Positions 49,881 through 62,000 of a stretch of 64,000 bases of DNA are shown here, in pieces. The translations under genes were made by a program, and so were the position numbers. Within the stretch, counting starts at the first letter, position 1. Every line of letters begins with the position of its first letter. This DNA comes from Eledone cirrhosa. Its lineage: Eukaryota. The stretch is taken from contig OZ024760.1 of the NCBI GenBank assembly GCA_964016885.1, positions 28,396,001-28,460,000 on the forward strand. The letters run 5' to 3'. The notes below the pieces were generated by a model. The model searched no databases and was not told the DNA's origin. It saw only the letters and a list, made by a program, of their open reading frames with translations.

Positions 49881-50534
49881 TCAATTAAATTGACCTCAGT
49901 GCATTCGTTATAATCGATCGACAAGATCCCAGACCTCATTTGATTGACAAGTGGGGTGGACCTTGTCAAATCGGACCAAACCTTGGTCTTTCCATTGCTG
50001 ACATTATCTACCAGTCACAACTCCTGGCAGAAGGAGCAATGTGAAAATAAAGTGTCTTGCTCAAGGACGCAATGCATCACCCGGTCCAAGAATTGAACTC
50101 GCAACCTCCCAATTGCGAATCTAATTCTCTAATCACCAAGCCACGCACCTACACCAATGCATTACTGGTACTTTATTTTATTGACTCCAATAAGGATGAA
50201 AGGCAAAGCTAACCTCAACAGGATTTGAACTCATAATGTAAAGAGACGTAACTCTATGCCACAAAACGTTGTCTGACATTCCACCACTTACTACAAATCC
50301 ACTCTTTAATAAATAACTGTTTCTACTTTAGGCACAAGGCCAGCAATTACCCAGTGCATTACTGGTACTTTATTTTATCGACCCCGTAAGGATGAAAGGC
50401 AAAGTCAACCTCGGCGGGATTTGAACTCAGATCGTAAAGGGACGTAACTATGCTGGAAAGCATGGCGTCCGACCCTCTACCGATACTGCCAATCCACCGC
50501 CCTCTTTAATAAATAACAAGACGATACCACATAC

Positions 50535-50633
50535 CATATTCTTAAAATAATGCTGCGCATAATTTTTCACTTGTAAACTTGTTCTTTCAGGAATCATTAG
50601 AGCAATCTTTTTCCAGCTTCTTCCATAGAGTTC
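50535..50633 (-). CDS. MYSM1: MYSM1 exon, rest of SANT domain: ELYGRSWKKIALMIPERTSLQVKNYAQHYFKNM
   Basis: aaag acceptor, gtatgt donor; 99 nt; YGR.W.KIA...RT.LQVK.YA motif. Confidence 0.95.
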
Positions 50634-51246
50634 CTTTAATAGAAATAACAATAATAATAATATGATCCTTTATTGGCCACAAGGGCCAACATATAGGGGA
50701 CAATACAAAGACAGGGACAGTGGAGGGGTTTACAATAAGCTCAAGTAAAATTGCACAATAGCAAAAATAATAATAATAATTGTTTCTACGTTTGGCACAA
50801 GGCCAGCAATTACCTCAGTGTATTACTGGTACTTTATTTTATCAACCCTGTAATAATAGTTTCTACTTTTGGCACAAGACCAGCAATTACCCCAGTTCAT
50901 TACTGGTACTTTATTTTATCAACCCTGTAATAATAGTTTCTACTTTTGGCACAAGACCAGCAATTACCTCAGTGTATTACTGGTACTTTATTTTATCAAC
51001 CCTGTAATAATTGTTTCTACTTTTGGCACAAGGCCAGCAATTATCCCCCAGTGTATTACTGGTACTTTATTTTATCGACCCCGTAAGGATAAAAGGCAAA
51101 GTTAACCTCAGCGGGATTTGAACTCAGATCATAAAGGGCCATAACTCTATGCTGCAAAGCATGGCATCAGACCCTCTACCGATACTGCCAATCCACAAGG
51201 GTTAACATTGAGAAAAACATTATGATGGCATAGGACGAAAACATAG

Positions 51247-51625
51247 AGTGTGTGTGTGTGTGTTGTGTGTGTGTTGGTGTGTATGCGTGATGGTATATGT
51301 GTGTGTTGGTGTGTGTGTGTGATGGTATATGTGTGTGTTGGTGTTTTGGTGTGTGTTGGTGTATGTGTGTGTGTGTGTTGGTGTGTGTGTGTGATGGTAT
51401 ATGTGTGTGTTGGTGTTTTGGTGTGTGTTGGTGTATGTGTGTGTGTGTTGGTGTGTCTGTGTGTGTGTTGGTATGTGTGTGTATGTTCGTGTGTGTTGGT
51501 ATGTGTGTTGGTGTGTGTATGTGTGTGTTGGTATGTGTGTGTTGGTATGTGTGTTGGTGTGTGTGTGTGTGTGTGTGTGCTGGTATGTGTGTGTGTGTGT
51601 GTGTTGGTGTGTGGGTTTTGTGTGT
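51247..51625. repeat. (TG)n-type microsatellite
   Basis: Imperfect TG/TTGG run. Confidence 0.95.
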
Positions 51626-52244
51626 AAACAGTTTCAACAATTTAAAAAAAAAGAAAGATAATAAAATTATAGCAAAGTTCCTCAACAACATCGTCACTCC
51701 CATTGGCCACTAACTCTGTATAGAACGCTAGGGTGGAGTTTCCACCGATCATAATGCCCAATTAATGGAGGGTTGTGAGCGCTTGAAGACATTCCAGTTT
51801 CCAAGCGTTTCCCCCTGGGTTTCCGCTTGACCCAAGACTACAACTCCGTCAAGGAGACGAGCTGAGGGAACATGCATTTTGCGAATGGCAACCACACCTG
51901 TTCGCCGTTAAGGAAGAGATGGAGATGTCGTAGCTTTAGTGCATGTTTGTGCATTATCAGCCACGACATTTCCAATTCTCCATGCAGCGAGTGTTGACAG
52001 CAGATGAGCTGTCTGACCATTGGAACATATCCCTTCCACAAAAAACGGAAGAGTAAACACTCATATTTTATGTCTGAGAAATAGGCAAAAATCCAGACCC
52101 CATTTATCAGCTAAGGCAGCTAATCAATACATAGATGGCACATATAAGACGCCCTCCGCCATTTTACCATCGATTTTTTGGACACATATTCCCCAGCTTA
52201 TGTTCAAGTATATACAGTAAATCTAACAGAAGTCTTAGACTCAC

Positions 52245-52377
52245 CAGTCCTTGTTGAAAGAGTTTCTTTTCGTCAGTAGTCCATAATTTCTTGTTGGCAA
52301 CTGCTTTCTTCTTCACTGGGGTCTTTGTTGACTTTTCATGCAGCACCTTCGCTACAGATTTACCATTCATGTAATAT
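52245..52377 (-). CDS. MYSM1: MYSM1 exon, start of SANT/Myb domain: YYMNGK...LWTTDEKKLFQQGL
   Basis: gaag acceptor, gtgagt donor; 133 nt, phase 2 to 0; WT.DE..LF Myb helix 1. Confidence 0.92.
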
Positions 52378-52933
52378 CTTCAAACACATTGAAGGAAAAA
52401 TACATTGAAATTCAAACAGGCCCTACTTAAAGCTGGTGATAGGCCAAGGCTAGATATGAAAGGTGGACACCTACCACCCGACCTCCATTTCAACTAGCTG
52501 TTAAGTATTTTAGCAAGATCGACAAGGCCCAGACCTCATTTATTTACCAAGTGAGGTGGAACACGTGAAATCAGACAAATGTAACCATGTTTCCATTGCT
52601 AGTACTATCTAGCGGTCGCAACTCCTGGCAGAAGGAGCAACGTGAAATACAATGTCTTGCTCAAGGACATAACGCATCATCCGGTTCAAGAATCGAACTC
52701 ACAATCTCACAATTATGAATCCAATTTTCTACGCACTACGCCATGTGGCCTTCACTGTTATATTTTAGTAATCAGTGCTAAAAATACAGCTTGGTTCTTC
52801 TCTTAACCTTTTAACATTACTCTATATTTACTATTACATTTCCACGGTAAAGGCTTTACCTCACATAATAACAATATCTGTTTCAACACAGGTTTTTAGA
52901 TAAGAAATCTTGTAAAACAAATACAAAATCGAA

Positions 52934-52980
<47 letters not shown>

Positions 52981-53115
52981 TGGTTTCGGGCTGCCCTTTC
53001 TAGCAGCTCGTCCCTCAGAGGCCACTGGTTCACTGCCCGTAAACACGCTGTGACTTCTCTCTCCCACGTGTAGCTGGACAGTCACTTTAAAATTCTCTTA
53101 GTGTTGTCTGAAATG

Positions 53116-53218
53116 TATAGCCTTACACACGCTGATGAACCTGGCTTATTTCATTTCTGTCAACAAATTACTGGCGAAACAGATCTCTTTGGATTTGTAC
53201 GTGTGTTATATAGTTATA
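53116..53218 (+). ncRNA. Type I hammerhead candidate with a full stem III, in a (TA)n-flanked unit (about 52978-53460)
   Basis: ACACACG-CTGATGA-ACC...GGC-GAAA-CAGATCT cttt GGATTTG-TA-CGTGTGT; distal stem TATAGC/GTTATA; stem II weak (A.C closing pair). Confidence 0.78.
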
Positions 53219-53459
53219 GAGGTATTTATTTACGCTTTAATTTATATTTTTAATTATCGTGTCTATAGTCTGCCTTTCATAGGTTATAGATTCCATATAC
53301 TGGTGGTTTTTCCCTGTTTTATTGATAGCGCACTGTATATCTCTCTCTAGTGTGTTACCTTTTCAACATATTGTATTTTAAAGAGCTCAGGATTTCCTCT
53401 CTTTGAGCACATTATTTACAGGGAATGGCGAGAGTCTATGGCTCAGTTAATTTATCGTG

Positions 53460-53501
<42 letters not shown>

Positions 53502-53608
53502 TTATATATATTAGGTATTAGGATTGGTGCTCTGAAATAGCAATGTATACATGAATGTATGTATAGTATGTCTAAACCCATGCTAGCGTGGAAGATAGAT
53601 GTTAACCA

Positions 53609-53639
<31 letters not shown>

Positions 53640-53722
53640 GCCAATATACCGTATGTTTAATTAAAAACATTTAGAAGACCATACGCTATCGGTTTTAAAG
53701 TAGTGACTATCTCACTTACTTC

Positions 53723-53813
53723 TTTTCGGCAAAAGAAGGGAGAGAAGCTAACAGTCTGTTTCACGCTGGTTGGCAATCATCAGAGCCACACACTCCCCTG
53801 CTTCTGCCGAAAA
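53723..53813 (-). ncRNA. Type I hammerhead candidate, MYSM1-sense, inside the U12 intron
   Basis: TTTTCGGCAGAAGcAGGGGAG tgtgt GGCT-CTGATGA-T TGC caacca GCG T-GAAA-CAGaCTG-TT-AGCT tct CTCCCTTCTTTTGCCGAAAA; G.U pairs favour the minus-strand RNA. Confidence 0.83.
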
Positions 53814-54201
53814 TTATAGAAGCTGGATTCTTATAGAATTCCAGTAATAATCAGGAGCTGATTATACAGAGTCATTACCGGTCCAGCAAAAATTAAGTAT
53901 TATAATTGGTGCTCTGAAATAACGATGTATACATGAATGCATACATAACATATTTGGCAATATACCGTACGTTTAATTATATATACTTGTTTGTCCACAG
54001 ATTTGATGTGATTTTTGTTGTATTAACAAAGGTCTGAGGATCAGGCAGACTTGGCGTCTGGTCTGGGATGTCATCCCAGGTCATGAGCCAGCTGCTTGGG
54101 AAACATGTGTAACCTGGATTAAGCAATAAATCTCCTATGTAACATTTCCACTTTGTTCTCATTATCTATCTATCTATCTATCTATATATATCTATATATA
54201 T

Positions 54202-54408
54202 ATAGGAAAATGTATGACCCCGCCGGCAGAGGTCAAGCTGTTTCGACGGCTATTTCTGGACAGCTATTTGAGTCCAGAAATAGCCGTCGAAACGGCTTGA
54301 GCTCTGCCGGCGGGGTCATACATTTTCCTATTACTCACTCTACTACCCTAAGTATTGAATACTCTGGTGCATTATGGTCCATCTGGTTCCTTACCACACC
54401 TCCTTCGT
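54202..54408. repeat. Third member of the hammerhead fold-back family (hairpin 54202-54331, 10-nt loop)
   Basis: GACGGCTATTTCTGGAC agctatttga GTCCAGAAATAGCCGTC-GAAAC; shares the distal tail with 46343 and 47034, in opposite orientation. Confidence 0.88.
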
Positions 54409-55098
54409 TATATATATATATATACACACACACATATACATATATGCATATACATATATATATATATACATATACACGACCGTGACCTCTGGCGCCACGC
54501 AGTAATACAGAGTACCCGACCTCCCATGGGTACAAGCTGAAGCATATAGACAATATGCCCCCACACCCTCCCACTGCAAGGTGGTCGTGGAGGTGCCACG
54601 GCAAAAAAGCACCCAGCCCACACTGTAAAGTGGACATGGAGGCACCACGGAAAAAAAGTACCCAGCACTCACTGTAAATGAGGTTGGTGTTAGGAAGGGC
54701 ATCCAGCTGTAGAAATCAAGCCATGGTCAGCCGACCAGACACTGCCCACAACAGGACAAGCCGTCTAACCCATGCTAGCGTGGAAGAACGGACGTAAAAC
54801 GGTGATGATGATGATGATGATGATGATGATATACATATATATATATACATATATATACATATATACATATATATACATATATAACACCAACCTCATTTAC
54901 AGCACTCACTGTAAATGAGGTTGGTGTTAGGAAGGGCATCCAGCTGTAGAAATCAAGCCAAAATCAGTTCCTGTATGAGCAAGGTATGGTCAGCCGACCA
55001 GACACTGCCCACAACAGGACAACCCGTCTAACCCATGCTAGCATGGAAGAACGGATGTAAAACGGTGATGATGATGATATATATAAATGAAAGGATAC

Positions 55099-55169
55099 TG
55101 TTCCTCTTGCAACATTTTCTCAATTGTGGCTTTTGACTTCTCATCCATACAACTGTCCAGAGTCCAGCC
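55099..55169 (-). CDS. MYSM1: MYSM1 exon: GWTLDSCMDEKSKATIEKMLQEEQ
   Basis: ttctag acceptor; U12-type donor GTATCCTTT; 71 nt; resembles the vertebrate MYSM1 N-terminal WTLD...IEKMLLEE motif as I recall it. Confidence 0.9.
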
Positions 55170-55626
55170 CTAGAAGAAAGTTAAAATTGTATGTAATATA
55201 TGTATTATGTATATATGTAATATATGTATTATGTATATATGTATATATGTATTATGTAATATATGTATTAGGTATTATGTATATATGTATATATGTAATA
55301 TATGCATTATGTATATATGTAATATATGTATTATGTATATATGTATTATGTATATATGTATATATGTATTATGTATATATGTAATATATGTATATATGTA
55401 ATATATGTATTATGTATATATGTATTATGTAATATATGTATTATGTATATATGTAATATATGTATTATGTATATATGTAATATATGTATATAAGTAATAT
55501 ATGTATTATGTAATATATGTATTATGTATATATGTATATAAGTAATATATGTATTATGTAATATATGTATTATGTATATATGTAATATATGTATATAAGT
55601 AATATATGTATTATGTAATATATGTA

Positions 55627-56017
55627 TGAGGGTAATCCCAAAAGAAAGGTCTCCAAAGTGATGGGGACACAGAGAAACTGATCGTATGGCTGTTGGCAAC
55701 ACTGTTGTGATTGGTGCTTCCTTCACTCCCAAACAAGCATGCACGCGCTTCGCTGGGATGCTCAATCTTGGCTTGGCAGCAGTTGAGAATGGAGCTCCCG
55801 TTGAACGCTACCGCCAAGTGCGAAGTTCGCGCAATTATTATATAGAGGACAATCCCAAAAGTAAGGTCTCCTTCCGAGGAAAACGTGTAAAGATCGGCGG
55901 ATCACTCTGGGTGCTCTCTGCATTTTGGTTCCTGAGGTTTCCTGAAGCACCATCCACAGGATTTTAACAGAAAAGTTGCAATATCGGAAGGAGACCTTAC
56001 TTTTGGGGTTGCCCTCG
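55627..56017 (+). mobile_element. mariner-like deletion derivative inside a TA-rich microsatellite
   Basis: TA-TGAGGGTAATCCCAAAAGAAAGGTCTCC...GGAGACCTTACTTTTGGGGTTGCCCTCG-TA; transposase-like start MELPLNATAKCEVRAII; extra internal TIR near 55843. Confidence 0.8.
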
Positions 56018-56439
56018 TATATATGTAATATATGTATATATGTAATATATGTATTATGTATATATGTAATATATGTATATATGTAATATATGTATATATG
56101 TATATATGTAATATATGTATATATGTATATATATAATATATGTATTATGTATATATGTAATATATGTATTATGTAATATATGTATTATGTAATATATGTA
56201 TTACCTAATTTAAAAGGTAAAGACCCCTCTTCGGTCACGATTGACCGTCTGATTTGCACCTATAAAGTTCCCCTCCAAGACACAAAGTCTGGGGAAGGGT
56301 GTTGTGGAAGACCAGCAGTCACCCACGTATACCAGTCTCACATCTCTCCATACCACCAATGTCCAAGGGAAAGGAAAATCTAGTGCGATGATACGAGTCA
56401 ATAGAAATAAAGAGAGGTATATTCCAAGGGGACAGCCTG

Positions 56440-57195
56440 TCACCATTGATGTTTGTGGCATGAATAGAGAAACTGTATGGCGTATTAACAGTCAATGCAC
56501 ACTACTAGCTCAGAGAGAATATAAGAGACGTCACAATATCATAACAAGGATAGTTCATTGGACTTCTTGTGGCAAATATGCACTCAACAGAGGAGAAAAG
56601 TGGTACGAACATAACCCTGAGGGCATTATTGAAACTGGTGATGCAAAGATCCTGGGTGAAGAAGTGCCAAGAAGTCCCAGTGGAGGGAAGATCCAGTAGA
56701 GGAAGACCTCAAAAAACATGGGCGGAGGTGATGAGAGCAGACCTCAGATCGCTGAAACTCACGGAGGAGATGACGATGGACCGTGACAAGTGGAGAGATG
56801 CTGTGCTGAATAGGACCCGTCCAACCCTTGCAAGCAGGGAAAAGCGGACGTAAAATGATGATGATGATGATGATGTGACCATGAGATTGTATTAAGTGAG
56901 AAAGAAAGCAAACAGAGTTGGATCATAGATGTAGTCTGTCCAGCTGATAACAAGGTATGTGATAAAGAAGGAAAAAATATTGATAGATACGAGAGGTTAG
57001 CTTGGGAGGTTAGGCAGTTGTGGTCCCTGTAAAAATTGGTGGTAATACTATAATAGTTGGAGTCTTGGGAACAGGGAGAAGAGATCTTGAGAAGTATATC
57101 AGACAAATAGGGATTGCAATACGGATGGAACACTTACAGAAAACAGCATTGCTTGGAACAGCTTGAATACTCCAGAGGTACTCGTAAAATAAGGA
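56440..57195 (+). mobile_element. R4/Dong-like (restriction-like endonuclease) non-LTR 3' fragment, interrupted by an RTE family A tail (56653-56875)
   Basis: ETV.....C..LAQREYKRRHN...IVHW...KWYEH.P; after the insert IIDVVCPAD...K...Y..L..EV..LW...LQKTALLGTA. Confidence 0.75.
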
Positions 57196-57196
57196 C

Positions 57197-58165
57197 TGTT
57201 ACCTCAGTTAACTGGTAGTAAAGCTGAGATAAGGTGTGTTACCTCAGTTAACTGGTAGTAAAGCTGAGATAAGGGGTGTTACCTCAGTTAACTGGTAGTA
57301 AAGCTGAGATAAGGGGTGTTACCTCAGTTAACTGGTAGTAAAGCTGAGATAAGGTGTGTTACCTCAGTTAACTGGTAGTAAAGCTGAGATAAGGGGTGTT
57401 ACCTCAGTTAACTGGTAGTAAAGCTGCGATAAGGGGTGTTACCTCAGTTAACTGGTAGTAAAGCTGCGATAAGGGGTGTTACCTCAGTTAACTGGTAGTA
57501 AAGCTGAGGTAAGGGGTGTTACCTCAGTTAACTGGTAGTAAAGCTGAGGTAAGGGGTGTTACCTCAGTTAACTGGTAGTAAAGCTGAGGTAAGGGGTGTT
57601 ACCTCAGTTAACTGGTAGTAAAGCTGAGGTAAGGGGTGTTACCTCAGTTCACTGGTAGTAAAGCTGAGGTAAGGGGTGTTACCTCAGTTAACTGGTAGTA
57701 AAGCTGAGATAAGGGGTGTTACCTCAGTTAACTGGTAGTAAAGCTGAGATAAGGGGTGGTACCTCAGTTCACTGGTAGTAAAGCTGAGATAAGGAGTGTT
57801 ACCTCAGTTAACTGGTAGTAAAGCTGCGATAAGGGGTGTTACCTCAGTTAACTGGTAGTAAAGCTGAGATAAGGAGTGTTACCTCAGTTAACTGGTAGTA
57901 AAGCTGAGATAAGGGGTGTTACCTCAGTTAACTGGTAGTAAAGCTGAGATAAGGGGTGTTACCTCAGTTCACTGGTAGTGAACAGCTAACACTAATACAT
58001 CTCTAGTGTTAGAAGCTGAGATAAGGGGTGCTACTTCAGTTTACTGGTAGTGAACAGCTAACACTAATACATCTCCAGTGTTAGAAGCTGAGATAAGGGG
58101 TGCTACGTCAGTCCACTGGTAGAGCTGAGGTAACACTGTAATACATCTCTAGCATTAGAAGCTGA
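57197..58165. repeat. 40-bp tandem array (about 20 units) directly after the R4-like ORF end
   Basis: Unit GTTACCTCAGTTAACTGGTAGTAAAGCTGAGATAAGGGGT; degenerates about 30 nt from the exon donor at 58195. Confidence 0.92.
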
Positions 58166-58194
58166 GCAAAGAAACAATGATTATAACAACTTAC

Positions 58195-58291
58195 TTGTTC
58201 CAACATCCATGGAGGGTTGGTATATTCTGGTAATAAATTGGCACTCTTTGATGGTAACTCATTAACATCATAAGCAATGATTCCATTTGGT
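58195..58291 (-). CDS. MYSM1: MYSM1 exon (first visible): PNGIIAYDVNELPSKSANLLPEYTNPPWMLEQ
   Basis: ttttag acceptor and gtaagt donor; 97 nt, phase 2 in and 0 out; joins the next exon in frame (WMLEQ|GWTLD). No start codon, so upstream exon(s) are missing. Confidence 0.8.
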
Positions 58292-58409
58292 CTAAAATAT
58301 GAATATGAAAATATGTAAATCGTTAAAATACAAACAACATGAGAGTCTTAGACTTCTTGGTCGATCTGCTAGATATAATAGCTATATTTCTCTTGAAATC
58401 ACAACCTGC

Positions 58410-59042
58410 TCCTTCTTCTTCTTCTTCACCCACTTGTTCCTGGGCAGTAGAGTTCTCAAACACTCCTTCCAGGATCTCCTGTCACAAGCAGTCATCTCCA
58501 ATTGATCCATCTGGATCCCTAAGCGTGACCAGCCAAGCTCAAGGATGATGTTATCCAACCACCTTGCTCAGGGTCTACCCGTGGGTCTCCTGCCATTTGG
58601 TTTTGCTCGTAAAATCTGTCCGGCAATTCTTTCCTTAGACATTATAACCACATGTCCATAGTATTGGAGCTGTGATCTCTCAATTCGGAGAAGGAGCAGC
58701 TCTACCTGGAGTGACTCTCTCATCTCCAAGCTATGCACTCTATCAAGTAACATTACTCAAGAAGACCCTTTGGAGGAACCCCATTTCAGGTATCACCGTC
58801 TCCAGTCTGTATCTCCCAGCTGGAAGGAGAGATGTTGCAGGCTTTCAAGTCTCTCCGGCATGCATCCCTGAAACAGAGCAATGGGCAACCCACGCACCTG
58901 GTGCCAGGTGGCTAACTGTCTGTACAGGGTGTCTTTTGACAACCTCCCATCCTCCAAATGCTTAATATCTCCTAACCAACAAAGACAGCACTGGCTCAGC
59001 AGGGAATACATGCTGGGAATCTTGGCACATTGTAGTATGTCC
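58410..59042 (-). mobile_element. Two adjacent RTE-like fragments
   Basis: 58410-58790 Expander-like (LRIERSQL..YGHV); 58793-59042 IPSMYSLL...WLG...EDGRL.KD.LY. Confidence 0.75.
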
Positions 59043-62000
59043 TTGTGAGGGGTATGGTCCTACCAGCTGACTGAGGATGTTATTGTGTGGGGTATGGTCC
59101 TACCAGCTGACTGAGGATGTCCTTGTGTGGGGTATGGTCCTACCAGCTGACTGAGGGTGTCCTTGTATGGGGTATGATCCTACCAGCTGACTGAGGATGT
59201 CCTTGTGTGGGGTATGGTCCTATCAGCTGACTGAGGATGTCCTTGTGTGGGGTATGGTCCTACCAGCTGACTGAGGATGTCCTTGTGTGGGGTATGGTCC
59301 TACCAGCTGACTGAGGATGTCCTTGTATGGGGTATGGTCCTACCAGCTGACTGAGGATGTCCTTGTGTGGGGTATGGTCCTACCAGCTGACTGTGAGGAT
59401 GTCCTTGTATGGGGTATAGTCCTACCAGCTGACTGAGGATGTCCTTGTGTGGGGTATGGTCCTACCAGCTGACTGAGGATGTCCTTGTGTGGGGTATGGT
59501 CCTACCAGCTGACTGAGGATGTCCTTATGTGGGGTATGGTCCTACCAGATGACTGTGAGGATGTCCTTGCGTGGGGTATAGTCCTACCAGCTGACTCTGA
59601 GGATGTCCTTGTGTGGGATATGGTCCTACCAGCTGACTGTGAGGATGTCCTTGTGTGGGGTATGGTCCTACCAGCTGACTGTGAGGATGTCCTTGTGTGG
59701 GGTATGGTCTTACCAGCGGACTCTGAGGATGTCCTTGTATGGGGTATGGTGCTACCAGCTGACTGAGGATGTCCTTGTGTGGGGTATGGTCCTACCAGCT
59801 GACTGTGAGGATGTCCTTGTGTGGGGTATGGTCCTACCAGCTGACTGTGAGGATGTCCTTGTGTGGGGTATGGTCCTACCAGCTGACTGAGGATGTCCTT
59901 GTGTGGGGTATGGTCCTACCAGCTGACTGAGGATGTCCTTGTGTGGGGTATGGTCCTACCAGCTAACTGTGAGGATGTCCTTGTGTGGGGTATAGTCCTA
60001 CCAGCTGACTCTGAGGATGTCCTTGTGTGGGGTATGGTCCTACCAGCTGACTGAGGATGTCCTTGTGTGGGGTATAGTCCTACCAGCTGACTCTGAGGAT
60101 GTCCTTGTGTGGGGTATGGTCCTACCAGCTGACTGAGGATGTCCTTGTGTGGGGTATAGTCCTACCAGCTGACTGAGGATGTCCTTGTGTGGGGTATAGT
60201 CCTACCAGTTGACTGAGGATGTCCTTGTGTGGGGTATAGTCCTACCAGCTGACTGAGGATGTCCTTGTGTGGGCTATAGTCCTACCAGCTGACTGAGAAT
60301 GTCCTGGTATGGGGTATGGTCCTACCAGCTGACTGAGGATGTCCTTGTATGGGGTATAGTCCTACCAGCTGACTGACGATGTCCTTGTGTGGGGTATAGT
60401 CCTACCAGCTGACTGAGGATGTCCTTGTGTGGGGGTATAGTCCTACCAGCTGACTGAGGATGTCCTTGTATGGGGTATGGTCCTACCAGGTGACTGAGAA
60501 TGTCCTTGTATGGGGTATGGTCCTACCAGCTGACTGTGAGGATGTCCTTGTGTGGGGTATGGTCCTACCAGCTGACTGTGAGGATGTCCTTGGGTGGAGT
60601 ATGGTCCTACCAGCTGACTGAGGATGTCCTTGTGTGGGGTATGGTCCTACCAGCTGACTGTGAGGATGTCCTTGTGTGGGGTATGGTCCTACCAGCTGAC
60701 TGTGAGGATGTCCTTGTGTGGGGTATGGTCCTACCAGCTGACTGAGGATGTCCTTGTATGGGGTATGGTCCTACCAGCTGACTCTGAGGATGTCCTTGTG
60801 TGGGGTATGGTCCTACCAGCTGACTGAGGATGTCCTTGTGTGGTGTATGGTCCTACCAGCTGTCTGTGAGGATGTCCTTGTGTGGGGTATGGTCCTACCA
60901 GCTGACTGTGAGGATGTCCTTGTGTGGGGTATGGCCCTACCAGCTGACTGAGTATGTCCTTGTGTGGGGTATGGTCCTACCAGCTGACTGAGGATGTCCT
61001 TGTGTGGGGTATGGTCCTACCAGCTGACTGAGGATGTCCTTGTGTGGGGTATGGTCCTACCAGCTGACTGTGAGGATGTCCTTGTGTGGGGTATGGTCCT
61101 ACCAGCTGACTGAGGATGTCCTTGTGTGGGGTATGGTCCTACCAGCTGTCTGTGAGGATGTCCTTGTGTGGGGTATGGTCCTACCAGCTGACTGAGGATG
61201 TCCTTATGTGGGGTATGGTCCTGCCAGCTGACTGAGGATATCCTTGTGTGGGGTATGGTCCTACCAGCTGACTGTGAGGATGTCCTTGTATGGGGTATGG
61301 TCCTACCAGCTGACTGTGAGGATGTCCTTGTGTGGGGTATGGTCCTACCAGCTGACTGAGGATGTCCTTGTGTGGGGTATAGTCCTACCAGCTGACTGTG
61401 AGGATGTCCTTGTATGGGGTATGGTCCTACCAGCTGACTGTGAGGATGTCCTTGTGTGGGGTATAGTCCTACCAGCTGACTGAGGAGGTCCTTGTGTGGG
61501 GTATGGTCCTACCAGCTGACTGTGAGGATGTCCTTGTGTGGGGTATAGTCCTACCAGCTGACTGAGGATGTCCTTGTGTGGGGTATGGTACTACCAGCTG
61601 ACTGAGGATGTCCTTGTATGGGGTATAGTCCTACCAGCTGACTGAGGATGTCCTTGTGTGGGGTATGGTCCTACCAGTTGACTGAGGATGTCCTTGTATG
61701 GGGTATAGTCCTACCAGCTGACTGAGGATGTCCTTGTGTGGGGTATGGTCCTACCAGCTGACTGAGGATGTCCTTGTGTGGGGTATGGTCCTACCAGCTG
61801 AAAGGATGTCCTTGTATGGAGTATGGTCCTACCAGCTGACTGTGAGGATGTCCTTGTGTGGGGTATGGTCCTACCAGCTGACTGAGGATGTCCTTGTATG
61901 GAGTATGGTCCTACCAGCTGACTGAGGATGTCCTTGTGTGGGGTATGGTCCTACCAGCTGACTGAGGATGTCCTTGTATGGAGTATGGTCCTACCAGCTG

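Larger units (their letters stand above)
52378..55098 (-). other. U12-type (minor spliceosome) GT-AG intron of MYSM1
   Basis: 5' end GTATCCTTT; 3' end TTTTCCTTCAATgtgtttgaAG with a U12-like branch site close to the AG and no pyrimidine tract. Confidence 0.88.

Noticed and set aside
57197-57980. Regular 40-bp array (and the other arrays) as possible CRISPR
   Set aside because: Head-to-tail units with no unique spacers, no cas genes, eukaryotic intronic context.
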